Assembly: GCA_963762255.1 (NCBI GenBank)
Contig: CAVXKA010000001.1
Span: 1,120,001-1,184,000, forward strand
DNA from: Candidatus Eiseniibacteriota bacterium
GTDB taxonomy: Bacteria; Eisenbacteria; RBG-16-71-46; JABDJR01
DNA length: 64,000 nucleotides
Direction: 5' to 3'
In this document: positions 8,499-18,953 of the stretch, piece by piece
Layout: every line of letters begins with the position of its first letter
Position numbering within the stretch: the stretch's first letter is position 1
Translations under genes and position numbers: made by a program
The notes under the pieces: model-generated
Seen by the model: the letters and a program-made list of their open reading frames with translations, nothing else
Database searches by the model: none
What the model was told of the DNA's origin: nothing

Positions 8499-10052
8499 GT
8501 GAGCGCAGCGGAGTTCCTGGACCTCGCGTCGAAACCCATTCGGGAAGATGCCCCCGCCGGAGTGTCGGTCAGGGACGAACCCGAATTCGAGAGCCTCCAG
8601 CAGGAGATGCGGAAGTTGGAGCTTCCCACCTTGCCGGAAGTGGCTTGGGGCGACGTCGTGCGTGGTGCGGGGGTGATCCTCGAAACCCGATCCAAGGATC
8701 TCCTGGTGGCGAGCTGGCTCTGCGTCGGCCTCTACGAGCGCGACGGAGCCGCCGGTCTCGCCGCCGGCCTCACCGTAATGCGGGACATCCTGACGAACTA
8801 CTGGGAGACCCTCTATCCCGAGATGAAGCGCATGCGCGGGCGGGCGGCCGCGATCGAGTGGCTGGGAGAGCGCGGCGCTCAGTGCCTTTCCGTCGCGGGA
8901 GCCAAGCGCGGGTCTCCCGACGATTTGAGGACATGCCAGGAGCGGGTTCGGGAGATCGGTGAGTTCCTCGCCGACAAGCTCGAGAGCGGCGGGACCCTTC
9001 TATCGGAGCTTCGACGAGCCCTGGATGACGCGGTCATGCGCCAGGCGGCACCGCCGGCGCCGGCGCAGCCCGCGGGCGGTGCGGCCGGCAAGTCCTCGGT
9101 GGAATCGGTGGCCTCTCTCGATGACGCGAACAAAGCCCTCGCCGAGATTCGCCGTCTTGCGCTGGCCGCCTCCGCGGTCTTGCGCGAAACCGAGCCCGCG
9201 AATCCGTCGGCCTATCGGCTGCCCCGGCAGGTGTTGTGGGCGCGGGTCACTCAGGCTCCTCCGCAATCGGACGGGCAGACCCAGATACCCGCTCCCGGCG
9301 ATTTGGGGGTCGAACTCCAGGCGGCCCTGGATCGCGCGGAGTGGAAGGGTGTGGTGATGCGTGCCGAGGACAAGTTGGCGACCAGCATCTTCTGGCTCGA
9401 TCTCCACCGCTATACGGTGACCGCTCTGGAAGCGATGGGAGAGTCCTTCGCCCCCGCGGCGGAGGCCGTGTGCGAAGAGCTGGCTTTGCTCTTGAGGCGC
9501 GTGCCCGAACTCCCGACGCTGCGCTTCGCCGACGGCAGCGGACTGGCCGACGACACCACGCGGAAGTGGATCCACACCCGGGTTGCGGGAGTTCTCGGCG
9601 GGGGCCACACGGCGGCGGCGCCTGCTCCGGTTCCCGTCGACGGCATGCCCGACCTGGAAGGGTTTGAGGAGGCCCGCGCAGAGGCAAGAAAGTTGAGCGG
9701 CAAGAAGCAGCTTCCGCAAGCGTTACGGCGTCTGGAAGAAGGCGCGGCGCGAGCCGGGCGCTTTCCGGCGCGTGCCCGCTGGAGACTGGAGATGGCCCGG
9801 CTCTGTCTTGAGCGGGGTCAGCCGGCGGCGGCGGAGGCCATGCTCGAGAACCTGGACCGGGAACTTTCCCGATCGACCTACGAGGACTGGGGCCCCGAAT
9901 TGTCCGCGGAGATTCTCAAGACGTTGCTTGCGTGCCGACGCAAGGCGGGGCGGGCCGCCGGTCCCGATGAGGCGGAGCGGAACCGCACTCTGTTGAATCG
10001 GCTCTATCGTCTCGACGTGATGGCGGCCATGGACGCGGATGGCCGGGGTTGA
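8499..10052 (+). CDS. tssA: T6SS protein TssA (ImpA N-terminal domain plus VasJ-like C-terminus)
   Basis: 'PIREDAPAGVSVRDEPEF', 'SKDLLVASWL', 'YWETLYP', 'FWLDLHR', 'LRFADGSGLAD..TRKWI'. Confidence 0.92.
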   Translation: MSAAEFLDLASKPIREDAPAGVSVRDEPEFESLQQEMRKLELPTLPEVAWGDVVRGAGVILETRSKDLLVASWLCVGLYERDGAAGLAAGLTVMRDILTNYWETLYPEMKRMRGRAAAIEWLGERGAQCLSVAGAKRGSPDDLRTCQERVREIGEFLADKLESGGTLLSELRRALDDAVMRQAAPPAPAQPAGGAAGKSSVESVASLDDANKALAEIRRLALAASAVLRETEPANPSAYRLPRQVLWARVTQAPPQSDGQTQIPAPGDLGVELQAALDRAEWKGVVMRAEDKLATSIFWLDLHRYTVTALEAMGESFAPAAEAVCEELALLLRRVPELPTLRFADGSGLADDTTRKWIHTRVAGVLGGGHTAAAPAPVPVDGMPDLEGFEEARAEARKLSGKKQLPQALRRLEEGAARAGRFPARARWRLEMARLCLERGQPAAAEAMLENLDRELSRSTYEDWGPELSAEILKTLLACRRKAGRAAGPDEAERNRTLLNRLYRLDVMAAMDADGRG

Positions 10053-10170
10053 CGCGGGGCGACTCATCGAACCGTTCTGATGTGGAGACTCGGCGGCACC
10101 GTGGAGTCGGGCAATCCCGGCTCCGAGAATCGGTTCCGCCTCTAACGCTACCAACGCCAAGGAGAGGACC

Positions 10171-10728
10171 ATGGCCAAGGAAGGATCGGTAGCTCCCAAG
10201 GAGCGAGTGAATATCGTCTACAAGCCCGCCACCGGCGGAGCCCAGGCGGAGATCGAGCTTCCGCTCAAACTCATGGTTCTGGGCGACTTCACCAACCGCA
10301 CGGACGAGACGCCCCTCGAGGAGCGGAAGGCGATCACGGTGGACAAGGACAATTTCAACGACGTGATGGCGCAGCACAATCTCGGGGTGACCATCAACGT
10401 GAAGAACACTCTGAGCGGAGGCCAGGGGGACGAGCTGAGCGCCAAGCTCCAGTTCAAGAACCTTCGGGATTTCGAGCCCGCCGCGATCGCCCGCCAGGTT
10501 CCGGAGCTCAACAAGCTGCTCGAACTGCGCGAGGCCCTCACCGCGCTGAAGGGTCCGCTGGCCAACGCCCCCGCCTTCCGCAAGAAGATCGAGGCGCTTC
10601 TGCAGGATCCGGCCCAGCGCGAGAGGATCATGAGGGAGTTGGGCCTGGGCGGCGGTGCCGCACCCGCTCCGGCGGACGCACCTCCCGAAGGGGGCGGCGG
10701 ACCCTCGAACCCCGAGACCGGTGCTTAG
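10171..10728 (+). CDS. tssB: T6SS contractile sheath small subunit TssB/VipA
   Basis: 'SVAPKERVNIVYK', 'ELPLKLMVLGDFT', 'DFEPAAIARQVPELNKLLELREAL'; strong AAGGAG RBS. Confidence 0.97.
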   Translation: MAKEGSVAPKERVNIVYKPATGGAQAEIELPLKLMVLGDFTNRTDETPLEERKAITVDKDNFNDVMAQHNLGVTINVKNTLSGGQGDELSAKLQFKNLRDFEPAAIARQVPELNKLLELREALTALKGPLANAPAFRKKIEALLQDPAQRERIMRELGLGGGAAPAPADAPPEGGGGPSNPETGA

Positions 10729-10808
10729 TACGGGCATTCGAATGAGCGAGTCCCAGGAACGGGTCGCCGCGGCTTCCGGGCCGGTCTGCGCGCCCTGGAG
10801 GAAAGACA

Positions 10809-12306
10809 ATGTCTGAGATGGAAAAGCAAGCACAGCCCGCGGCCGCAGGGGCGCAGGAGGCCGGTGGCTCGCTGCTCGACGAGATCGTCCTGACCACGAA
10901 GGTGAAGCCCACGGACGAGAGCTTCGCGGTGGCGAAGCGGGGGCTGGAGGCCTTCATCAAGGAGCTGGTCCGTCCCGGGGTGACGCTCCCCGGGTCCACC
11001 AGTCGGTGATCAACGAGATGATCGCCGAGCTGGACGAGAAGATGAGCGCGGCAGATCGACGACGATCCTCCATCATCCGCAGGTCCAGACGGTCGAGTCC
11101 GCCTGGCGCGGTCTCAAGCTCCTGGTCGACCGGACGGACTTCCGGGAGAACACCAAGATCGAGATCTTGAACGTCTCCAAGGAAGACCTCCTGAACGATT
11201 TCGAGGATTCCCCGGAGCTGGTGAAGTCCGGCCTCTACAAGCAGATCTACAGCGGCGGAGTACGGGCAGTTCGGCGGCGAGCCCATCGGGGCGATGATCG
11301 CCAACTACGAGTTCACGGCGCATCCGCAGGACATCAAGCTGCTGCAGTACGCGGCCGCCGTCGCCACCATGGCCCATGCGCCGTTCATCGCTGCGGCCAG
11401 CCCCAAGTTCTTCGGCGAGGACGACATTACGGACGCTGCCCAATCTCAAGGACCTGAAGTCGATCTTCGAGGCGCCGACAGTACGCCAAGTGGCGTTCCT
11501 TCCGCGAATCGGAGGACGCGCGGAACGTCGGGCTTGTCATGCCCCGATTCCTACTCCGGCTCCCCTACGGCGAGGAGACGGTGCCGGTCAAGGAGTTCAA
11601 CTACGACGAGCAGGTCGACGGGCAGCCACGACAAGTACCTCTGGGGGAACGCCGTCTTCACCTTCGCCACCCGGTTGACCGACAGCTTCGCCAAGTTCCG
11701 GTGGTGTCCCGAACATCATCGGCCCGCAGAGCGGCGGCGCGGTCGAGGACCTGCCGGTCCACGTCTACAAGGCGATGGGCGCGACCGAGCAGAAGATCCC
11801 CACCGAGGTGCTGATCTCCGAGCGGCGGGAGTTCGAGCTGGCCGAGGAGGGGTTCATCGCCGCTCACCATGCGCAAGGGGTCGCGACAATGCCGCCTTCT
11901 TCTCCGCGAACTCCTGCCAGAAGCCGAAGTTCTTCGGACAGAGCAAGGAAGGAAAGGACGCCGAGACCAACTACAAGCTCGGCACCCAGCTTCCCTACAT
12001 GTTCATCGTCAACCGCCTGGCTCACTACATCAAGGTGATCCAGCGGGAGAACATCGGGAGCTGGAAGGAGAGAGCGATCTCGAATCGCGAACTGAACAAC
12101 TGGATCAACCAGTACGTGGCGGAGATGGACGACGCGAGCGCGACGGTACGAGGCGCGGCGGCCGCTGCGGGAGGCCGAGATCATGGTCGAGGACGTCGAG
12201 GGCGATCCGGGCTGGTACAGGGTCGGACATGAAGGTGCGCCCCCACTTCAAGTACATGGGTGCGTTCTTCACGCTCTCCCTGGTCGGGAAGCTGGACAAG
12301 AAGTAA
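10809..12306 (+). CDS. tssC: T6SS contractile sheath large subunit TssC/VipB, broken by multiple frameshifts (probably assembly errors)
   Basis: Pieces in different frames give 'SLLDEIV', 'ESAWRGLK', 'PRFLLRLPYG', 'YLWGNAVF', 'KIPTEVLISERREFELAEEGFI', 'RLAHYIKVIQRENIGSWK', 'VRPHFKYMGAFFTLSLVGKLD'; about 1.5 kb. Confidence 0.93.
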
Positions 12307-12421
12307 CCGCGGTCCGGCCCGGCCGGCGCGCGGTCCCGAATCCGAAGGGCGGTCGCATCGAGGCGGCCAGGTGACCCGCCCGGACCTCTCACAACCCATC
12401 GTCACCAGGAGGCAACGGCTC

Positions 12422-12913
12422 ATGGCGGAGACCGTCCATCTGTAGCTGAAGGCGAACGGCGCGGACGTCCAGGGCGACAGCACCACACATCCATGGAGCG
12501 GGAGAATAGCATCGAGTGCGTGTACTTCGAGTCCTCGGTGCAGACCGCTCGTGAGGCGGGCAGCGGGGCCTCCACGGGCCGCCGGTCGCTACGAGCCGAT
12601 CGTGATCCGCAAGCGGATCGACAAGTCCACGCCACTCCTGTACAAGGCGCTCGCCAACAACGAGGTTATCGACGGGAACGTTCAAGTTCTTCGCCCGAAC
12701 CCGAGCGGCGACGGCACCACCGAGCAGTTCTACACCATCGAGTTCACGAACGGCAGGGTGGCCAGTTTCAAGGCTGTCAGCCCCGATTCCATCGATCCCG
12801 CCTCGGCGACGCATCCCCCACTGGAGGAGATCTCGTTCGTGTTCCAGACGATCTCCTGGACCTACGAGCCGAGCGGGGTGATGCACCAGGATAGCTGGAG
12901 AGCGCAAACCTAA
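12422..12913 (+). CDS. hcp: T6SS tube protein Hcp/TssD, with an in-frame TAG at 12443-12445 and about two frameshifts (probably errors)
   Basis: MAETVHL*LKANGADVQGDS / MERENSIECVYF / 'YEPIVIRKRIDKSTPLLYKAL..NE', 'EEISFVFQTISWTY'; AGGAGG RBS. Confidence 0.9.
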
Positions 12914-13010
12914 TCCGCCTCTGATCAATGTCCGGGGATCCGGTGGGAGGATGCTGCGAGGCGTCCTCCCACCCCATTCCGCCGTCCACTGAACCGCCAT
13001 CGGAGGGCCC

Positions 13011-13427
13011 GTGCCGCGGGATCGGAGCCTGTTCGAACGCCTGCGTGATCCGGGGAGCGAGGCCCCGCGGACCATCCACGAGAACACCGGTCGGCTGGCC
13101 GACTCGGTCCTGGCCAACCTGCGCAACCTGCTCAATTCCCGGCAGCGGATTGCTCCTGCTTTGCCTGACTACGGGATCCCCGACATGGTGGATCTCGCCA
13201 CCAGCTTCCCGGAGGGGGTGAGCGGCATGCGCCGGGCCATCAAGGATGTCATCGAGACTTACGAACCGCGGCTCCGGCGGGTGACCGTGAAGTACGTAGA
13301 AACTCCGGACGACCCGCTCGCCCTGCGGTTCGAGATCACCGCGGAGCTCGCCACCGCCGAGGAACGCGCCGCGGTCTGGTTCGAGACCCGCATCGATTCC
13401 TCGGGCGAAGTGGACGTCAAGGGATAG
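13011..13427 (+). CDS. tssE: T6SS baseplate subunit TssE (gp25-like)
   Basis: 'SLFERL', 'NLRNLLNSRQ', 'DYGIPD', 'YEPRL'. Confidence 0.93.
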   Translation: MPRDRSLFERLRDPGSEAPRTIHENTGRLADSVLANLRNLLNSRQRIAPALPDYGIPDMVDLATSFPEGVSGMRRAIKDVIETYEPRLRRVTVKYVETPDDPLALRFEITAELATAEERAAVWFETRIDSSGEVDVKG

Positions 13428-13430
13428 GCG

Positions 13431-15191
13431 ATGTTCAACAAGTACTACCAGGACGAACTCCTGTACCTGCGGGAACTCGGGGAAGAGTTTGCGCGCGCCC
13501 ATCCCGCCGCCGCCCACTTTCTGGGTCAGACCGGCAGCGATCCGGACGTGGAGCGGCTTCTCGAGGGCTTCGCCTTCCTCTCCGGGCGCATCCGCCAGAA
13601 GCTGGACGACGAACTTCCGGAGCTCACGCACTCGCTTATGGGCATGCTTTGGCCGCACTACCTGCGGCCGGTGCCGGCGCTGGCCGTGCTCGAGTTCTCC
13701 CCGGTCCTGGCCGCTCTGCGACAGTCCCAGCGCATCGCCCGCGGGGTGGAGGTCCAGTCGATTCCGGTGGAGGGGACGCCCTGCCGGTTTCGCACCGCCT
13801 ACGAGGTGCGCCTGAACCCCATCTCGCTGGAAGGTGTGAGCCTGGAGAGCCAGGCCACCGGACCGTCGCGGCTCTTCCTGGATTTCCGGGTCTGGAACCA
13901 AGCCCGCGTGGACACTCTGGATCTCCGCCGTCTGCGTCTCTTCCTCCACGGCGACCCCGCGGTGAGCACCACCCTCTATCACAATCTCTGTCGCCACGTG
14001 CGCGAGGCGACCGCCCGCGTCTCGAGCGCGACCGGGGAGGGGGACGGCCCCGGGGGGCGGGTGCCGGTGACCTTCGAGCCGGCCGGCTTTGCCGAAGAAG
14101 AAGCACTGCTCCCGTATCCGGCGCGGGCCTTTTCCGGATACCGCCTGATCCAAGAGTATTTTTCGTTGCCCGAGAAGTTTCTTTTCGTAGATGTGGTCGG
14201 CCTCGACAAGCTCGCCCACCTGCCGGTGCAGGATCGATTCCGGGTGGAAGTTCGATTCGATCAGGCGCTGCCGGTCAGTCTCCGGCCCACCCGGGATGAG
14301 ATCCGACTCTACTGCACGCCCATCGCCAACCTCTTCGCGCATGAGGCGGACCCGTTCCGGATCGATCGCACGCAGGCGGAGTATCGCCTGCGCCCCTCGG
14401 GAACCAATCCCATCCACTATGAGATCTTCTCGGTGGATCGGGTGACCGGGATCCTCCCAGGCACCGCCCAGGAGCGGGTCATCCCCGATTTCTACTCCTT
14501 CCGCCACGGCGGGACCTCGGGGGATTCCACGCATTATCACGACCGGGTGCGGGCGTCGGTGGTGGACGATCGTTCCGAGCACTACCTTTCCTTCGTGGAC
14601 GTGCGGGGGATCAGCGCGATCCCCCCGGTCGAGACGATCTCGGTGTCGCTGACCGCTACCAACCGCCGCCTACCCGAGGGCCTCCGTATCGGGGACGTGA
14701 GCGTGCCCACCGATTCCTCGCCGGAGTTCGTGCGGTTCAAGAATCTCACCGTCCCCACCCCCTCGGTGGCCCCTCCCCTTGAGGGCGATCTGCACTGGCG
14801 GCTCATCTCCCACCTGTCGCTGAACTACATTTCGCTCACCAGCGTGGAGGCGCTTCGGGGGATCCTCGAGCTGTACAACTTCCAGGCCATGCGCGACCCG
14901 CGGGCGGCGCGAGCCAATGCCATGCGGATCCGCGGCATCGAACGCCTGCGAAGCCGCCCCGCCATGGTTCTGGTCCGCGGGGCTCCGATCCGAGGGTGGG
15001 ACGTGGAGCTGGATCTCCTCGAGGACCACTACGCCGGCGACGGGGATCTGCATCTCTTCGCCGCGCTCGTGAACGAGTTCCTGAGCCTGCACACCACCAT
15101 CAATTCCTTCACGCGACTCCGCACGCGGGGGATCCAACACGGCGAGGAGATGACGTGGCCGTCGAAGATCGGACAGAAGACGCTGATCTGA
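13431..15191 (+). CDS. tssF: T6SS baseplate subunit TssF
   Basis: 'YYQDELLYLRELGEEFA', 'DPDVERLLEGFAFL', 'LYCTPIANLF', 'WRLISHLSLNY'. Confidence 0.97.
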   Translation: MFNKYYQDELLYLRELGEEFARAHPAAAHFLGQTGSDPDVERLLEGFAFLSGRIRQKLDDELPELTHSLMGMLWPHYLRPVPALAVLEFSPVLAALRQSQRIARGVEVQSIPVEGTPCRFRTAYEVRLNPISLEGVSLESQATGPSRLFLDFRVWNQARVDTLDLRRLRLFLHGDPAVSTTLYHNLCRHVREATARVSSATGEGDGPGGRVPVTFEPAGFAEEEALLPYPARAFSGYRLIQEYFSLPEKFLFVDVVGLDKLAHLPVQDRFRVEVRFDQALPVSLRPTRDEIRLYCTPIANLFAHEADPFRIDRTQAEYRLRPSGTNPIHYEIFSVDRVTGILPGTAQERVIPDFYSFRHGGTSGDSTHYHDRVRASVVDDRSEHYLSFVDVRGISAIPPVETISVSLTATNRRLPEGLRIGDVSVPTDSSPEFVRFKNLTVPTPSVAPPLEGDLHWRLISHLSLNYISLTSVEALRGILELYNFQAMRDPRAARANAMRIRGIERLRSRPAMVLVRGAPIRGWDVELDLLEDHYAGDGDLHLFAALVNEFLSLHTTINSFTRLRTRGIQHGEEMTWPSKIGQKTLI

Positions 15192-16255
15192 GCCGGCTCA
15201 TCTTCGAGGAGCCGTATCGGTTCTCGTTCCCTCAACTGGTGCGCCTGCTCCTGGACCGGCGGGAAGGGGCGGCCGCCCCCGGCGAGGGGGGACCGCCGGG
15301 GCGTGAGACCGTGCGGTTCCGTCCCGCGTTGAGCCTCGGCTTCGCCAACTCCGATGTGACCGCGGTGGATCGGAGCGAGGATCCCTCGGCCGAGATCCCG
15401 GTCCGGTATCGGGTGACCGTGAACTTCTTCGGTCTCTACGGGCCGTCCTCGCCCATGCCCAACCACTTCACCGAGGGCCTTCTATGGGATGGAGTCGAGG
15501 CCCAGGGTCTCCGCGACTTTCTCGATCTCTTCAACCACCGGTTCATCTCCTTTCTCTACCGCGGATGGGTGAAGTATCGCTACTCGGAGCAGTATGCGGC
15601 CGACGGAGGGGATTCCCTGACCGGCCGGATGCTCTGCTTGATCGGGCTGGGTACGCCCGGCATGAAGGAAGCGCTCGGGATTCCCTTCCCTCTCCTGTTA
15701 AGGGGCGCCGGGCTCCTCGGGCCGCACGGAAGATCCGCCGCCGCGCTTCGCGGGTTCCTGGAGGATCAGTTCGACGAGGTGCCCGTGGCGGTGGAAACCT
15801 TCCGCGAACGGATCACGCCTATCCCCCGCGAACAGCTCTGCCGCCTGGGGACGGGGACCGCGCGTCTCGGGGACAGCGCCTGCCTGGGGGAGAGCGTTTT
15901 GGATCACGCGGGCGCCTTCCGTTTGGTGCTGGGGCCGCTGGACGTCGCCGTCGCCGCCCGCTTCCTTCCCGGCCGCGACGCGTTCCGCCGTCTGGTGCGT
16001 CTCACCCGGTATTTCGTCACCGACCCTCTCGAATTCGATGTAGCCCTTCGGGTGAAGCCGGAGACCATTCCCCCCCTGCGTCTGGGCGGCGCCGATGACC
16101 AGCCTCTGGGAGAACTGAGCTGGATCGCACCGCGTGGAAGCGAGGAGGGCTTCGTGGTTCTCTCCACGCTCGGCGCCGATCCGGTGATCGGGGCGACGGG
16201 CCCATACCGAGACGAGGACGCTTATTCCGCCCCGACCGCGTGGGCGATTTCCTGA
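15155..16255 (+). CDS. tssG: T6SS baseplate subunit TssG
   Basis: 'PYRFSFPQLVRLL', 'VRFRPALSLGF', 'NFFGLYGPSSPMP', 'DFLDLFNHR'. Probable GTG start at 15155 overlaps the end of tssF. Confidence 0.93.
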   Translation: MAVEDRTEDADLSRLIFEEPYRFSFPQLVRLLLDRREGAAAPGEGGPPGRETVRFRPALSLGFANSDVTAVDRSEDPSAEIPVRYRVTVNFFGLYGPSSPMPNHFTEGLLWDGVEAQGLRDFLDLFNHRFISFLYRGWVKYRYSEQYAADGGDSLTGRMLCLIGLGTPGMKEALGIPFPLLLRGAGLLGPHGRSAAALRGFLEDQFDEVPVAVETFRERITPIPREQLCRLGTGTARLGDSACLGESVLDHAGAFRLVLGPLDVAVAARFLPGRDAFRRLVRLTRYFVTDPLEFDVALRVKPETIPPLRLGGADDQPLGELSWIAPRGSEEGFVVLSTLGADPVIGATGPYRDEDAYSAPTAWAIS

Positions 16256-16268
16256 AGGAGAGGCTCCC

Positions 16269-18951
16269 ATGGACGTCGACATCAAAGGTCTGATCAACAA
16301 GCTGAACGGCCCCAGTCGAAGGGCACTCGAAGCGGCGGCGGGGAACTGCGTTTCGCGCGGCCACTACGAGGTCACGGTGGAGCATCTCCTCCTGCAGTTC
16401 CTGGAGGACCCCGCCGGAGACGTCCAGGCCATCCTCCGCCACTTCGAGATCAACCCCGCCGCGCTTCTGCGCACGGTGCAGCATGTGCTGGAGCGGGTGC
16501 GCGCCGGGAACACCGGGCGCCCGGTCTTCTCGCCCCTCCTGCTGGGGTGGATCCAGGACGCGTGGCTGACGGTGTCGGTGGACTACGGCGACGATCGCGT
16601 CCGCTCCGGGGGGCTCTTGCTGGCCCTCGTGCAGAAGCCGGATCGATTCACCGACGAGGATCTCTCCGGCTACCTGGAGCCGATTCGCAAGGACGAACTC
16701 AAGCGGGATCTCTACCGCATCACCGCCTCCAGTTCCGAGCACGAGGCGGTCGGGGAAGGGGAGCCTCGACCCCAGGGGCCGGCCCGCCCCGCCGACGAGA
16801 CGGCGATCGGACGGTTCATGATCGACTTCACCGACCGGGCGCGAAAGGGCGAGATCGATCCGGTGTTCGGGCGCGACCGCGAGATCCGGCAGATGATCGA
16901 CATCCTGGCCCGGCGGCGGAAGAACAACCCGATCGTGGTGGGCGAGCCCGGCGTGGGGAAGACCGCGGTGGTCGAGGGGCTGGCGCTGCGCATCGTGGAA
17001 GGGGACGTCCCCGACGTCCTCAAGAACGTGCGACTTCTCTCGCTCGACCTTGGGCTGCTCCAGGCCGGCGCCGGGGTGAAGGGCGAGTTCGAGAACCGGC
17101 TCAAGGCGGTGATCACCGAGGTCAAGGCCTCGCCCACGCCGATCGTGACCTTCATCGACGAGGCCCACACGCTGATCGGCGCGGGGGGCTCCGCGGGCGG
17201 GAGCGACGCCGCCAACCTCCTGAAGCCGGCGCTCGCCCGCGGCGAGCTGCGCACCATCGCCGCCACCACCTGGTCCGAGTACAAGAAGTACTTCGAGAAG
17301 GACGCCGCGCTGGAGCGCCGCTTCCAGGTGGTCAAGCTGGACGAGCCGTCCGAGGAGGACGCGATCCTCATGATGCGCGGACTGCGCGAGAAGTACGAGG
17401 AGGCCCACGGCGTGCGGATCCGCGACGAGGCAGTGGAGGCGGCGGCCCGCCTCTCCAGCCGCTACATCTCCGGGCGGCAGCTCCCCGACAAGGCGGTCGA
17501 TCTCTTGGACACCGCGGCGGCCCGCGTCAAGATCGCCCAGGCCACCAAGCCCGAAGCCGGTGGACGACCTGGAGCGGCAGCATGCAGGCGCTCGAGCGCG
17601 AGCGCGACGCGCTCAACGGAGGACGAGGACCTGGCGGCGCGGGGGCGAAGCGCGCGACCGGCGCGCGAGGCGCTGACGCGCGAGCTGATCGCGCGCGTCG
17701 AAGACGCGAAGCCGTCGAAGGAGATGCGACCGACGCCGCTGGGAGGAGGAGCGGCGAAGCGGTCGACGCAGCGGTGCCGGCTCTGGCCGCGGCCGCGGTT
17801 CCTCGGCGAAGACCGCGCCGGCCGCGCCGCCGGTGGAAGGTCGCGCGCGGAGACTGGATGCGGCCCTGCGCCGCGCTGGCCGAAGCTCCAGGGCGCGAAC
17901 CCGCTCGTCCCGCTCGACGTGGACGCCGCGTGCTCGTCGCGGCCGTGGTCAGCGAGCTGGACCGGCATCCCGGTGGGCAAGATGATCCGCGACGAGGCCG
18001 CCCTCGTTCTTGACTTCCGCGATCGCATGGCCGAGCGGATCAAGGGTCAGGACCAGGCGCCATCGAAGCGGTCGATCGCGGGCTTCGGGCCTCCCGCGCC
18101 GGGCTCAAGAACCCGCAGCACGCCCATCGGCGTCTTCCTCTTCGTGGGGCCGAGCGGGGTCGGGAAGACCGAGACCGCGCTCGCGGTGGCCGACCTCATG
18201 TTCGGCGGCGAGCGCTTCATCACCACCATCAACATGTCCGAGTTCCAGGAGAAGCACACGGTGAGCCGGCTCATCGGCTCGCCGCCCGGCTACGTCGGCT
18301 ACGGCGAGGGCGGCGTGCTGACCGAGGCGGTCCGGCAGCGGCCCTACTCGGTGGTCCTCCTCGACGAGGTGGAGAAGGCCGATCCCGAGGTGATGAACAT
18401 CTTCTACCAGGTGTTCGACAAGGGCATGCTGGCCGACGGCGAAGGGCGGGTCATCGACTTCAAGAACACCGTCGTCTTCCTGACCAGCAATCTGGCCACC
18501 GACGTGATCATGCAGATGTGCGCCGGCCCGGTCCCGCCGACGCTGGACGAGGTCACCGGCGCCATTCGCCCGATCCTCTCCCAGCACTTCAAGCCGGCGC
18601 TGCTGGCCCGCATGGAGATCGTGCCCTTCTACCCGCTTGCGCGGCGATTTCCTGAAGGAGATCATCCGGCTCAAGCTGAGCAAGGTGGCCGGCCGTCTCT
18701 GGGACAGCCACCGCATGGTCCTCGCGACCGATCCGCGGGTGGAGGAAGTCATCGCCGCCCGGTGCACGGAGGTCGAGACGGGGGCCCGCAACATCGATCA
18801 CATCATCCAGCAGACGCTTCTCCCCATGCTCTCCACCGCGCTTCTGGAACGGATGTCGGAGGGCCCGCTCCCCGACCGAGTCCGGGTCACCGTGGGTGAG
18901 GACGAGAGCTTCGGACTCGAGTTCGGGGGACCGGCGGACAAGGAGGCGTAG
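16269..18951 (+). CDS. tssH: T6SS ATPase ClpV/TssH; garbled middle (about 17550-18110) and a frameshift near 18645
   Basis: 'GEPGVGKTAVVEG', 'FIDEAHTL', 'GRQLPDKAVDLLDTA', 'GPSGVGKTETA', 'LLDEVEKA'. The C-terminal 'GARNIDHII' lies in the next frame. Confidence 0.95.
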
Positions 18952-18953
18952 CC

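Noticed and set aside
8254-8502. 82-aa ORF between tagF and tssA
   Set aside because: No homology cues and atypical composition. More likely an intergenic or promoter region.
12443-12445. In-frame TAG in hcp as possible amber recoding
   Set aside because: TAG ends many genes here (tssJ, tssB, tssE, clpV, peroxiredoxin), and this codon lies in an indel-rich patch. A base error is more likely.
10980-12600. Programmed frameshifting or phase variation in tssC/hcp
   Set aside because: There are too many shifts, and they are not at slippery heptamers or homopolymer tracts.
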